Assembly: GCF_001194135.2 (NCBI RefSeq)
Contig: NC_068987.1
Location: 8,313,082 to 8,377,081, forward strand
Direction: 5' to 3'
DNA from: Octopus bimaculoides
Lineage: Eukaryota
Length of the DNA stretch: 64,000 nucleotides
Each line of letters begins with the position of its first letter. The first letter of the stretch is position 1. This document shows positions 1 to 12,710 of this stretch, piece after piece. The position numbers and the translations under genes were made by a program. The notes below the pieces were generated by a model. That model was not told where the DNA came from. It saw nothing but the letters and a program-made list of their open reading frames with translations, and searched no databases.

Positions 1-34
<34 letters not shown>

Positions 35-479
35 GTGTATGTGTGTGTGTATTGCTTACTTGCTTGCTTGATCCCTTAATTCTGGATGGAGCTGATAGGG
101 AGTGCCATCTTGATATATGGTATGCTTTGGATGTTAAAATTTGGCGGCACCCATCTTTGTCCCTCTGTGTTCCAGGTTTAACCAAAACTGATTCCTTCTT
201 GAGAGAAGAAGAGTCAACTCGAGTCCTGGACTGCTACCTTAGTTATTGGCCCTGAAAGGATAGGAGGCGAAGTTGAGCCCCCCTAATAGGGTTTGAACTC
301 AGTGCATCAGGAACCAGAACAACAACTGCAAGGCAGGCTATCTGGTGCTCTAATAATTCTGCCAGTCCTCCACTTTTTAATATGTAGATCACCATCAACA
401 TCACCATCATCATCATCACAATCATTATCAATCATCATCACCATCATCATCATCATCCCCACTATCATTGCCATCATCA

Positions 480-780
480 TCACCTTCATCATCATCGTTG
501 TTGTTTACCGATCCTTCTTCCATGTGACATAGGTTGGATAGTGCAACAGGAACTGACAAGCCATAGGATTACCCAGAGCTCCAGTGTCTGCTTCAGCATA
601 GTTTCTACAGCCAGATGCCCTTAAGGCCAACCGCTTTACCAAGTGTACTGGAAGCTTTTTCTTTTTGGCACCAGTACTGGTGAGGTCATCAGGTACTTGC
701 ATGACAAAATCCCCTTGGCTGACTGGGATCTAGCATCAAGGGAGGTGAAAATATGAAAGAGGGATAGGAACAGGGGTGTA
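480..780 (-). mobile_element. Family C retroposon fragment (RTE-like 3' end, (GAT)n tail)
   Basis: gtttctacagccagatgccct motif next to a (CAT)n run; homologous to 38290-38532 and 58795-59145. Confidence 0.6.
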
Positions 781-874
781 TAGGGCACCGAATTGGTAAA
801 ATCATTAGAGCCTCTGACAAAATGCCTTGCAGTATGTGTTCAGGCTCTTTACATTGTAAATGCTTCTTGTCTTA

Positions 875-1041
875 TCAAACTGGCCAGACCTGACCTCTCA
901 CACTTACCTGACAATATCATTCAAATTGTAAACAGTCACCTCATGAAAATCTGAAAGCTACAATATAATGAATATTTAATTCCAAACAATGTGAATGAAT
1001 AAACTTTATATTTGACACTAATCTGAATGCTAAAGGGTTAA
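875..1041. mobile_element. piggyBac-like MITE, partial
   Basis: Ends gaatgctaaaggg followed by TTAA (1038-1041); homologous to the copies at 7023, 39865 and 47800. Confidence 0.65.
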
Positions 1042-1271
1042 GTACACAGGCTATGTGTATTTTATTTTCTGTATTAATCTCCTAAACCTTTTGTATTCAT
1101 GTATATAATCTCAAATAGGATTTCTGTTTTTTCTTCTTCTGTGATTTCATGAATGGATAAACAATTCATTTTGGTTTCTTTACTTTAGGAAAATATGTAC
1201 AATATGTTTTTTATTTTTTTTTATTTGTTTTTGACTTTTTTGTTTGTTGATTATAAACGTCATTAATGTTG

Positions 1272-1295
1272 AACTTTTTTCTTTGTGTTTTTCAG
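1272..1295 (+). other. 3' splice acceptor of the CXXC exon
   Basis: aacttttttctttgtgtttttcag|ATT; phase 0 relative to the ORF; T-rich intron-like sequence upstream. Confidence 0.75.
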
Positions 1296-1316
1296 ATTGG
1301 AGTGGCCAGTCTTAGT

Positions 1317-2798
1317 ATGTCACATGGTGGTCATCGACCTGAGGAAATGAAGTCTGACTCTGTACACCCTCACATTGCCGGTCACCATCATCATCCTGGT
1401 CATCACCATGCAGCAGAGGAAGAAGAGTATGTTATCGAAGTGGACAGTGATCTAAGCCCCACAGGGCCAGACATTATCAGGGAGGTGGATCATGACCACC
1501 ACAATGTAAAAGTGAAATTGAAACGGAGGCGGCGTTGTGGAATTTGTGGTCCTTGTCAAATCAAGCAGAACTGCGGCCGTTGTCACTACTGTCTGCGTCG
1601 GGATGTCTTAAAGCAGACATGTGTCTACCGCAAGTGTGTCTACTTGAGGAGCAAACCACGGAGCATGAGTCCAAAGGAGAATGTTTCTATGTCTGCTCTC
1701 AACTTGCAGTCAGGACTTGGCGTTGCCACACCAACGGACCTTAGCATCCGAACCAGCCTAACGCAAACTACTTCAGGGACGTCTTCAAATGACTTTCAAG
1801 GGCTCTCGTCTATGTACCACCATCCAGATCTTGATTCGAGAGCCTTCACTGGTAGTTCGCCCTCAATTCCATTGCATCATGATCCGGTCATCCCGTCAAG
1901 GATGAACCCATATATGGGAGGTGCCCACACTGGACCTTACCCAATCAATATGTTTCCTAGCAGCAGTTTAGCTGCCAACTCAAGTTTACCAAGTCCATTT
2001 CAGATGGGTAGCTGTAGTAATAGCCCGTTCCGGTATCCTTGGATGCCCGGTTCATTTGCAAGACCATCTGTTGTGTCCAGTCCCACTGATCTTCTCCGGC
2101 CATCGCCATCTTGGCCTCCCCCTCCGCCACCAACTCATGGACTTTCCTCCACGCACCAAAGAATGGCTTCAGACTTTGGTGCAAACTCATTTCAAAAGGA
2201 TATGCCATTTATGAAACGGCGCTCCCAACAGGATCTTTTGCAAAATAGACAGAGACTTCCATCTTGTAGCAGATCGCTGGCTCCAATGTGTGGAAGTTCC
2301 CCTAGTGGGTGTGAGACCCCAGCTTGTTTCAACTCGGATGCATTGGTAATGCGTGAAAAATACAGCTGTTTCCCTGGGCAGGGCTCTCGATCTATAGGCT
2401 GCGACAATAGTGGTCACATGACATCAGGGACTTTGAATAGTAGCTACAACCGAGGATGTGCATCGTCACAGCATGAGTGTGACGTCATCGGCATTGACGA
2501 TTTGCAGGTGAATGCCTTTATCAGAGCTAGTGGCTATAATGGATTAGACATAGAGGTAGATATCTCAAAATTGCCTATTGTACCCAGCAGTGGGAAGAGT
2601 AAAGGCAAATCCACTCTTAATGGAATGGTAAGCATTACGCAGGACTTAGGAGACAAGGGTACTGTGGAATTACAGGTACCAGGGTACAAAGTAACCTTAG
2701 AAGATCACATTAATGTTGATGAAATGCTTGCCAAGTATACTAGTAGTTTAAAACCTAGTTATGCTGTCAAACAACCAAAAATTGAATTGATAGATTAG
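1317..2798 (+). CDS. Stand-alone CXXC-type zinc finger protein (TET/CXXC4/CXXC5-like finger), 493 aa from ATG 1317; may extend into an upstream exon spliced to 1296
   Basis: Only long, complex ORF in the window. Contains KRRRRCGICGPCQIKQNCGRCHYCLRRDVLKQTCVYRKC, the 8-Cys zf-CXXC pattern, plus His-rich, Pro-rich and Ser-rich tracts. Visibly more GC/CpG-rich than flanks. The ORF-track start at 1266 lies inside a polypyrimidine tract ending TTTTCAG at 1295, so it is probably intronic. Stop TAG 2796-2798. Confidence 0.9.
   Translation: MSHGGHRPEEMKSDSVHPHIAGHHHHPGHHHAAEEEEYVIEVDSDLSPTGPDIIREVDHDHHNVKVKLKRRRRCGICGPCQIKQNCGRCHYCLRRDVLKQTCVYRKCVYLRSKPRSMSPKENVSMSALNLQSGLGVATPTDLSIRTSLTQTTSGTSSNDFQGLSSMYHHPDLDSRAFTGSSPSIPLHHDPVIPSRMNPYMGGAHTGPYPINMFPSSSLAANSSLPSPFQMGSCSNSPFRYPWMPGSFARPSVVSSPTDLLRPSPSWPPPPPPTHGLSSTHQRMASDFGANSFQKDMPFMKRRSQQDLLQNRQRLPSCSRSLAPMCGSSPSGCETPACFNSDALVMREKYSCFPGQGSRSIGCDNSGHMTSGTLNSSYNRGCASSQHECDVIGIDDLQVNAFIRASGYNGLDIEVDISKLPIVPSSGKSKGKSTLNGMVSITQDLGDKGTVELQVPGYKVTLEDHINVDEMLAKYTSSLKPSYAVKQPKIELID
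1521..1658 (+). other. zf-CXXC domain with basic N-terminal stretch (probable NLS/DNA contact)
   Basis: C-x2-C-x2-C-x5-C-x2-C-x2-C-x9-C-x4-C preceded by KVKLKRRRR; no KFGG motif. Confidence 0.9.
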
Positions 2799-3928
2799 GA
2801 AACAAATTGTTTTATTTCTGTCATCTTTTCTTCTTTAATAATTTGGGGACTGTCGAAGATATGTGTGTGATTGTTTGCGTAGGATGTGCATATATTATAC
2901 ACACTCATGCATGTATCTGTAATTGTTTGTGTACATATATGTATATGATACATACAGACATGAATACATACATACATACATACATACATACAGACACACA
3001 GACAGACAGATTTTAAAGTTTTGTAAAAAATACTTGATGCAATCACAATACTTTAAAAAAATGGTTTTCTTAAAAGTTATTAGCTTTTTAAAAAATTCTT
3101 TTAGTTAGACAGAATGACACAAATCTTATACAATGAAGCTTTTGGTTTTTCCAAGAGGTTTGTGTCGTTTGGTTTTTCAAAAAATTTTTCTAAATAATAA
3201 CTTTTAAGAAAACCTTTAAAACCTTTCTTNNNNNNNNNNNNNNNNNNNNNNNNNNNNNNNNNNNNNNNNNNNNNNNNNNNNNNNNNNNNNNNNNNNNNNN
3301 NNNNNNNNNNNNNNNNNNNNNNNNNNNNNNNNNNNNNNNNNNNNNNNNNNNNNNNNNNNNNNNNNNNNNNNNNNNNNNNNNNNNNNATATATATATATGT
3401 ATATATATATATTTACTTGGGTGTTTGTGTATATGTATGTGAGTATTAGCTTAAAGTAGATTTAAAAAAAAAAAAACGTCTAACAGCTATGACTAATTAA
3501 GCAATGCAATTAATCCTAATAGAAATTCTTGGTTAAGAATTTTAAGGGTCAAAGATATATTATGTTTGAAACCAAAATTGTATATATAGATATTTACATG
3601 TATATCTTATGTGTCTGTGTATCACTTTATACAGACAAACACACACACACACACAAACCATGGTCTAGTTAAATGCGACCACATGGCCTGTGGCTGCTGT
3701 ATTCAAACCAGGTGTTTGTCTCGTCTGATGATGACCCATCTGTTGTGGGTCTTTTCCTCCTTCTCATTCCTTTCGTTTACTAATCTCTTAGGCCATGCAA
3801 AAGATCAACGAGGGCTGTTCCTCCTCTGTTTGAACTTGCAGTTCTCAAAGGTTTTGACTTTGTGGCACATTGGAGATGAAGTGAAAAAAAATTTACCGGT
3901 GCATTTCACGTAGAAAAAGCTTTGAAAA

Positions 3929-4233
3929 AATAAAAGCCCTTAGAATATTTTAACATTTAAAACCTAGATGGAAATATCGAAAGCTATTGCCAAACATGTT
4001 TTATTAATCTTCTTGTATATAACAAAATTATGAATTACACATTTACACATTTTTTAAAATGCTTAAATATTATTAGTATCAATTTTCTAAAGCCTTAATT
4101 ATATTTTTAAAAATTCGTGGCACAACTAGTACCCTTTGTGACGCACAGTTTAAGAATCATTGGAATAACCAATTAAACATGCAGGCTACTGTATATATTT
4201 ATTATACACAATAATATATATATAGTAATCTGC

Positions 4234-4265
<32 letters not shown>

Positions 4266-4485
4266 ATAGCATTACTGTATACAGTTCAATTTGTGAAAAT
4301 GTGCCAGAAAACAACAAATGCTAAATTTAATACGAAGATGGTATTAAAATGTGTGTGTGGGCAAGAGAAAAAGGGGTTTGTACACACACACATACCCATA
4401 TATTGTAGGTGTCTTTGACTGTTTCGGGAATGGTTAGGCTGAGTTTTAGTCTAAAAGTAGGTCGGAAAAGCGTCTCTTTAATAAA
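3929..4485 (+). promoter_or_regulatory. Candidate polyadenylation signals for the CXXC transcript (AATAAA at 3929-3934 and 4480-4485)
   Basis: Hexamers in SINE-free AT-rich sequence downstream of the stop; could be chance in this composition. Confidence 0.2.
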
Positions 4486-5587
4486 AAGAATATTTTTTTA
4501 CACAGGAAAAGGTAAAATATAGTTGAAGTAATATTTATAGCAGCAGTAATTAATTTCTTCGATTTAAAACCTTAATATACATATATATAATGTTATATAT
4601 ATATATAGTATAATATTATAATATGATATATAATGTTATATATATATATATATAATATAATATAATATAAATATTTTCATCTGTCAGCGAAGTGTGGGTT
4701 GGGCTAGAAAGTTACCTGGTAATGCTTAATGTTTTAAGGTGGGGAAGGAAAAAAATTCCCTTTTATTATTGTTTAATGTTTTGGTCCCCCCACCTTTACC
4801 TAAATGCTTTGTTTTTTTTTTTTATCCTTTCATATATGTGATTTTAAAATTCTACTAAGGTAACCTCCTTCTTATAATATGACTAACATACCATGATTGA
4901 AAAGACAATTTTTTTTTTGATAATCCCAATTTTGCTAAATATTTTTTTTATTTTCTATTTTCTTTTTCACTTTTGTTGTTGTTGTTGCCCCAATTCTATT
5001 TTCTTTGAAATTTATCTTCATTACAGTTATGATACATTTTTTTTTTTAATATACTTTCCAATTGATACGTCTATAAAATCTGTGTGTGTGCATGTATGCG
5101 CGCGTGTGTGCATGTATGTTGAAAATTCTCAAGATGTACCTTATTTTACGTTTACTAAAGAGAAACTAATTGAGTTTCCTTGCTTTAAAAGTTCAAAGAA
5201 AAAAAAACAAGCATCAAAAGGTTACGTTTGTGGTTACCTTTTATATGTAAGTAGGTGCATATATACATATTATATACGTCTGTGTATGTAAAGCAGTGAA
5301 GTTAACGCACGTATAGAAAGGTGCAACTTGGCACTCAACATTTTGCAGTATTTAGTTGGATTCGAATTTTTGCAGAGCCGGCTTCATTTGCCATCCCTTA
5401 CACAATATACAGGAAATGTGGTTACCCTTCTTCCTACCATTTATAAGCCAAATATATCCCAGTGTTCAAGAAAAACATACAATTCTCTATATGCACTCCA
5501 AGATATATTTATTTATTTTTTGTTTTTCTTTTTATGTCCACTTATATATGTTATTACATATTAGTATTATTATTGTTTCGGCAAGTC

Positions 5588-5860
5588 TGAATTTCTGTGA
5601 GTTTATCTGTATATGCGTGTGTGTGTGTCTGTTTTTCTGTGAGCCTGTTTGTCTTTCTGTGAGTCTGTCTGTATCTCCTTGAGTCTGTATTTCTGTGAGT
5701 CTATCTGTATATGTGTGTGTGTCTGTATTTCTGTGAATCTGTCTGTATTTCTGTGAGCCTGTTTGTCTTTCTGTGAGTCTGTCTGTATCTCCATGAGTCT
5801 GTATTTCTGCGAGTCTATCTGTATATATGTGTGTGTGTCTGTATTTCTGTGAGTCTCTCT
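5588..5860. repeat. Compound minisatellite (tctgtgag/tctgta units) with a ~120-bp internal duplication
   Basis: gcctgtttgtctttctgtgagtctgtctgtatctcc block occurs twice. Confidence 0.8.
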
Positions 5861-7022
5861 CAATGTTTGCAGGAGTATGTGTGTTTCCATATTGTAGTCG
5901 TTGTTGAGCTCACTTTATTTATTTTGCATTACATTCTGTGAACAATTCACTGATTGCATGATTCTGTCAGAAAAATCACTGATCCACTGCATTCACGATG
6001 GCAGACATGACAGAGGAGCATCTGTACAAGTTGGGTGGAACAAATACTAACGAGATATTTTTCTTCGAAGGCACTTGAATTAACAGTTTTCATACCGGTG
6101 TTTACATCTTTCACTGATATTCATTGCTGCCGAAAAAAAAAGAAAAGAAAAGGGGGCTATGTAATTTCCACTCTCTAAATTCTAATTCCAAAGCATTGGT
6201 CAATCCAAGGCTGTAGCACAAGACACTTACTCAAGGTGCCGTACAAATGAACTCAAAGCCACAGGTCTGTGAAATGGACTTGTTAATTACAAAACTAAGC
6301 TTATTTGCACACATGGCTGAGTAAACCTTATGGGTCAGTGGTTCAGTAGTTGTAGTGTCACCACCCTGGTGGCAATACTATTGTGGGTTGTGATCATGTT
6401 ATAGTTTCCACTGTTGTTGCTGTTTCTCTTCCCCATTCATGCTTCAGTGGATGCTTCACATTCATGTACCTCTTTGATCTAACTGGCTCATTTGGCTGAC
6501 ATTTCTATTTATTTTTTTGTTCTCCTGTATTACAGGACAAACTGAAGATTTTAGAACTTTTAAAAAAATGGGAGAAAAAAGAAAAATTGTAAAGAAAGAA
6601 ACAAGGAAAGCTATTTTGAAGACGATACAGAAGGCTTGCTGAGTTGGATTTAAATGCGAAATTGGACAGGCCAAGTCTTTATCACTAAATGAATACACTC
6701 TCGTTAACTCGTATGTTAGTTGTAGACTCTTCAATTGGTTCTTCTTTAACCATTTCCTTCTGACAATATCCTGTGAAATGGCTTTAACCAGTGTAAATAC
6801 ATTTGTGGATTGTAAAGTGTGTGTGTGTGTTTTATACTCTTACAGGCCAAAACTTCATAGTCACTGTCAGCCTGTGTATCACATGATATACAGGAGAGGC
6901 AAAGGCTTATATAAATAGGGTATTTCATACAGAAGAAAGAACCTTATATTTGATATAATTTAGCATGGCCAGAGTGTATAACCTTACATCTTAAATTCTA
7001 CTAAAGCGAAATTCACTTTTCA

Positions 7023-7245
7023 CCCTTTTGGTATTTAGATTACTCAGTCAAATTTAATCCTTATTTGTTTCCATTGTTTTGAATTAATTATGCTTTATCT
7101 CATAGCTTTGAGATTTCAATGATGTGATTGTTTATTTTTCACTTTGACATTGTAGAGTAGGTGTGAGAGGTTAGATCTGGTCAGTTTGAACATAAAAAGA
7201 GGCAGAATATTTTAGCCAGACATAGTTGGTTTGAATGCTAAAGGA
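7023..7245. mobile_element. piggyBac-like MITE, near full length, degenerate, opposite orientation to the other three copies
   Basis: Begins cccttttggtatt and ends aatgctaaagg (imperfect TIRs); body is the reverse complement of 875-1041 and 47800-47982. Confidence 0.6.
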
Positions 7246-7611
7246 TCGGTAAAATCCCACTTCCATGGGAGAATTGATTCTAAAGGTTGTTGTTGCCTCG
7301 ATATATCACGTAGCTGTTGGTTAACTTGTCGATTCTAAAGAAATTTGCAGGAAATTAAACTGTAACAAAGTGGGAACTTCTCTCCATGCATGTGTTCTGC
7401 CAACTTGGTCTTACCTTTGTATTAAAGTGAGAATATAATCCAGTTCTTACCTGAACCTGTGGAAGCTTTAAAAAAATATAGATCTTACGTTCGTGTACTG
7501 ATGTGTACAAGCATGCACATGCGCGTGTGCACACGCACATAAGCAATACTATATTGTTGTGAAGTTTGATTAGATTTCATATGAACGGAAAGCATAGAAT
7601 TGCAGAATAAT

Positions 7612-8340
7612 CTCTTATCTTTTACTTGACTGTGGCCATGATGGGGCACCACTTTGAAGGGAGATTTTAGTTGAAGAAATCAACTCTAGGACTTTTTTTT
7701 TTTAAACCTGGTACATTTTCTGTTGGTTTCTTTTGCTAAGTTACAGAGATGTAAACACGTGGTGGGAGACATACACACACACACACGACAGGCTTCTATA
7801 ACTCTCCACATACCAAACCCAGTCACAAGGCTTTGGTCAGCCCAAGGCTATAGTAGAAGACACTTGCCCAAGCTGCCACGCAGTGGGACTGAACCAGGAA
7901 CCACGTGGTTGGGAAGCATTAAGTAGGACCAGTTGTTGACTACTTCCTTTACCCTCTAATTCACCAGTCCAACATCTTTATCTTTTAAATGGACTGTGAC
8001 CATGCTGGGGCACCACCTTGAAGGGTTTTGGTTCAACAGATCAACCCCAGTACTAATTTTTGTGTCTGGTACTTATTTTATCAGTCATTTTTTGCTGAAC
8101 CACTAAGTTATAAGGTCAACACTAGTGGTCAAGCAGCAACGGTGGTAGTGGTGAGTCACACAAACATACATACATCATATATATATAATGAGCTTCCACA
8201 CAGTTTCCATCTCCACTCACAAGTTATTGGTCAGTCTGGGGCTATAATAAAAGACACTTGCTCAAGGTGCTGTGCCGTGGGACTGAACCCAAAGCCATGT
8301 GGATGCAAAGTAAGCTTTTTAACCTCACAGCCATGCTGGC
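7612..8340 (-). mobile_element. Two adjacent family A tRNA-derived SINE copies
   Basis: Each has the tttact..gactgt(g)gccatg tail and the ggctatagtagaagacacttgc(c/t)caag..gggactgaacc head/core. Confidence 0.75.
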
Positions 8341-8965
8341 ACCAATATAAAAAGTATGAAGTGTGCAGTTAATTAGTTATCAATTAGTTATTACAATTAT
8401 CTTCTTTTTTTTAAAAAAAACCTAGACAAAAAAAAATAATTCCTCATTATTTATTAAATTATTTATTTATTTTGTTTGTTTATTTTTCTTAGCTCAAGGC
8501 CAATTAACTTAATAAATCAATTCACCTCAGAATAATTATAATGGTACCATGTTGAGTTACTTGAAGCAAGCCTCTTTGTGGTCACTTATTCCGCTAGACA
8601 TAGCAGCCAAATTTCTTTCAAATCACTTCTTACATTGAACGATTTGATAAATCATGAGGGCACTTTGCCTGGAGAAAAAAAAAATTGGATGGTCATACTT
8701 GGAATCATTTTGGTGATTATAGGTTTGTTTAATCAGCACTTACAGTAACTGGTATGTTGGGTTTTTTTAATACTAGAGAGGAGATGAGAAGCTTAGCTTC
8801 CATTACAAGAGCTTGATTCCAGGGAGACTGTTACTGAACCAGGTACTATAAAACTATGTTTTTTTTTTCAGAAAGGCAAAGGGTTAGGCCTAAACGTCCC
8901 TAGTTCTTTTAAGAATTTCAATTGGCCCTTGTTTCATATATTCTGTGTTAGAGACAACTTTCCTT

Positions 8966-9066
8966 TCGTAAGTCCTAAATTACTCTGGCGTTTGAAAAGA
9001 AATTGGGAATGTTTATCACATATGATGCATGGATGTCAGAGAAATATGTCCTGGGTATCACATATG
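8966..9066. mobile_element. Dispersed repeat fragment, also at ~21987-22142 where it ends aaaggg+TTAA (second piggyBac-like MITE family)
   Basis: Shared taagtcc.aaattactct and catatgatgcatggatg..agagaaatatgtcct blocks; the second copy has an internal (AT)n expansion. Confidence 0.45.
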
Positions 9067-9770
9067 AGTTGCAGGATGGGTTCAGGGTGCTGAAAATGAT
9101 CCCAGCTCAGTGACACAAACCCTTAAGGGCTGTCAGAAAATTTCTTTCCGGTGTCTGGTTACTGCATCACTTTTTTTGTCTTTTACGTTTGGATCTCAAA
9201 CCCAGCTTGGAATATCTTTGCTTTTCATCTCTCCTGCATCAGTTGAATAAGTACTTGTTGTTGTTGTTGTTGTTGTTGATTATCCCCAGATACATCCTGG
9301 TCCTGCTGGAGTACCCAAGATCAAAGGTGTTCCATTTAAGGCCACTCTATCTCCAATATCAGAGGCCGACAACATTTTGTTTTTCCCTTTGTAAAGTAAA
9401 AAAAAAAAGGAAAATTTTTTGCTTTTTCTTTTTTGTTTTAAACATAATAGGGTGTATTTCATGAAATTTGACTGCTATTTCTAGCTGGTTGTGCAGCCAT
9501 GTAACGGCTCCTTTCATTGCTTCATGTAAGTACCTGTTATATACTGGTATTAATTCAATCAATTATATTCTCTCCCCCAACCACATGTTCATGGACTTGT
9601 GCTAAACTTAAAAAGAAAAACTATCAATATTGGTGGAGGTGGGGTAGTTAGACATGGAAAATACCAGATTAAGACGCCTTACCATATTTAGTCATATCCC
9701 TTTACAATCTGAAATGAAATTTTTCCAGCATCAGGTTTTTCTTTTTTTCTTATTTTTTTAAACATATATA

Positions 9771-9867
<97 letters not shown>

Positions 9868-10945
9868 ATATGCATGTGTATATGTGCTTCCTAAAGACGT
9901 GCTTTCTTTTTATTGAGCTTCCTGATGTAGAGTAAGCTCCCTTGTTAAGATAGGCCAGTTTTGTTCCAAGCGATTTCACTTCAATTACTTCTTTGCTATT
10001 GCCCGTGGATAGAATCAGACGGGTGGGGGGTTGCGGTGATGCACATCGTGTAATTTCATTACCTTCTCCTTTGCCCCCCTATTGACTTATGTCAGCTTAA
10101 CTAATCACCCATTGATGGATATAGAGCATTATTAATAGACAAGCATTTGATGTTTAACTACTTGTTCATATACATTTGTGCATATGTGTGTGTGTATATG
10201 TATGTATACAAATATATAGATATATATGTATGTATGTACATGTGTGTGTCTGTGTGATGATGTTTTCCACTAAAAAGTAACGCTACCACTGTTGATGTTT
10301 TCATGTGTGTGTTTATGACTATTCGTGTTTATGTATATGCACATATATATATATATATACACATATGTAAGCAATATACGCACCAAAGAATATTGGTGAG
10401 GAATGTGTGTGGATATGTGTTGCTCCTTTCATGTCTGATTTGTGTCGGGTACGTTTGCAAGCACCAAATGAAAATCTGATTTGGAAATCATCTTCTTCAA
10501 ATCTATTCTTGGAAGCATGTATTTTCTTTTCATATATTTTTCTTTGATTCTTTCTCTTGAACAGTAAAGAGAATGGTGATATGGAATATCTGTCTCTGTC
10601 TCTCTCTCTCTCTGTCTCCTGTCTTTTCTCTTTCTCTGTCCCTATTTACAAGTGTACGCACATATATATATACATATATATATATACACACACATATACA
10701 CATGCAAATGTATATATGTGTGTGGGTATATTTATGCATGTATGCATATATATATTTATGTGATAATGTGTATAAAGAAATGAATATGTGTGTGTATATA
10801 TGTATATATACATATGCATATATATATANNNNNNNNNNTATATATGTGTGTGGGTATATTTATGCATGTATGCATATATATATTTATGTGATAATGTGTA
10901 TAAAGAAATGAATATGTGTGTGTATATATGTATATATACATATGC

Positions 10946-10976
<31 letters not shown>

Positions 10977-12549
10977 AATATATATACATATGTATATTCA
11001 TGTGTGTATATAATCGATTTTTCTCTATACATACATATACTTTATATACACAAGTTGCTATTACATGAGAATGTGGGAATTAAATATGGTGGTATATACT
11101 TGTTTATTGACCTTTTTCAATAGTATTATCTTTTTGCTTCTTTTCTGTTGATGCACACACACACACACACACACACACATGTGTGTGTGTATGTATATAT
11201 ATATATATATGTGTGTGTGTGTATAATCAACTCTTCAACTTGTCTAATGATTGAGTTTGATGCTTTTGAACTCAAATCTTGGTTGATATAATTTTCTAAA
11301 AGCAAGCTAGCATTTTAGTGAAGTTCTCATGTAATGGCTTGTGATGGACATTATTATTATTATTATTATGATGATGATCATCATCATCATCATTAAACGG
11401 ATTTGCAGAAATGGTAGAGCACCGAATGAAATGCTGCCTGCAGTATTTAGTTTCGTGTCTGTGATCTATGTTAAAATATTGTCAGATCCCCTTTCGATGG
11501 ATCCTGTCTTTTCAATTGTGGCCATTTCAATTTATTCACTTGCTCTCGTCGGTCTGTATTATATCTTGTTTATAAAACTAACCTTCCTCATTTTCTGATT
11601 TCAAATCCAGGGTAAGGCAGTGGCTGACAGTTGGCTTTGCTTCTCATTCTCAAATCCATTCTATCCCCAGTATGAACCAGTCCTATAACGGATCATATTA
11701 ATCAATTACAGTTCTCACACAAAAATGTGTGTCCCTGTACCAATGTTAGTCATCACATTAGAAATCATAATCTCCCCCCCCCCCNNNNNNNNNNACCAGT
11801 TGTCCACTATGTGTATGTCTTGTATCATCTTCATTACTGATCATGTATTTATCTTTTTTCTTTTACTTGTTTCAGTCATTAGACTGCGGTCATGCTGGGG
11901 CACCGCCTTCAAGAGTTTTTCAACAAATGAATCGAACCCCTGTATTTTTTAATTTTTGTCGTAAGCCTGCTGCTTATTTTATTGGTCTTTGTTGCTGAAC
12001 CACGTAGTTATGAGGACGTAAACACACCAACACTGGTTTGCAATAATTTGCTTAAGATCCATATTCTAGTGTGTGTATGTGTGTGTCCATCCCAGTCCCT
12101 AAGTATTGTAATATCAATTATTTAACATTATTGTGTCTTTTTTATATTTATTCATTTAATTTTCATTGCCACAATATCAAATCTCCTACATTTTGTCTCT
12201 TGCTAAGCTTTGTTTGGATGGCAAAAATCCTCAAAGGATTTTGATATCTTTGGACTTTACCATTCTGGGAGGTTGGTGTTCTTAGCATTTTCTCTGTCCT
12301 TTTTAATTTGACTTATTATTAGTGTTGTTGTTGTTGACGATGTTAAAGCATATTCACATCAGCGATGTCGTCAGATTTGTAACCTGTGAATTTGTAAAAA
12401 AAACACGTTTTCATAGCAAAACCATTTTTGTCTCTTGTAGACATTGAGAAGGATTCCTTACAGAACAAAAGACAGTATTTTCTCTTCTCTTTTATTCTTT
12501 GGCTCTCACTTCATGTGTTTCTCGGTGTTAATTGAACAGCTATTGTTGT

Positions 12550-12710
12550 GGTGTTATTCCTAATGCTTCTCTGATACAAGATAACTTTATAACTTTCAGT
12601 CCCATCTTACACACAGATTTCTCAGCTTTCTGAAGAATCCCCCAAATTTTTCATATCTCATTTGTTTCTTTTGCTTCACCTTCATCATATACTATAACAG
12701 AATTTATTCT
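12550..12710 (-). pseudogene. Possible decayed RTE-type LINE ORF2 C-terminal fragment
   Basis: Minus-frame translation NSVIVY..*KIWGILQKAEKSVCKMGLKVIKLSCIREALGIT loosely resembles the RTE C-terminal pattern; weak, by-eye match only. Confidence 0.25.

Noticed and set aside
1266-1316. ORF-track start at 1266 (510 aa)
   Set aside because: The first 10 codons are a polypyrimidine tract plus AG acceptor; the exon starts at 1296.
1317-2798. Naming the gene TET, CXXC4 or CXXC5
   Set aside because: No dioxygenase domain; the finger is N-terminal, unlike CXXC4/5; orthology cannot be shown without a search.
3724-3760. Second hammerhead (CTGATGA plus gaccca/tgggtc stem)
   Set aside because: No GAAA box after the stem.
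10711-10955. ~118-bp direct repeats flanking a 10-N gap (also 52837-52995)
   Set aside because: Typical unmerged contig overlap artefact.
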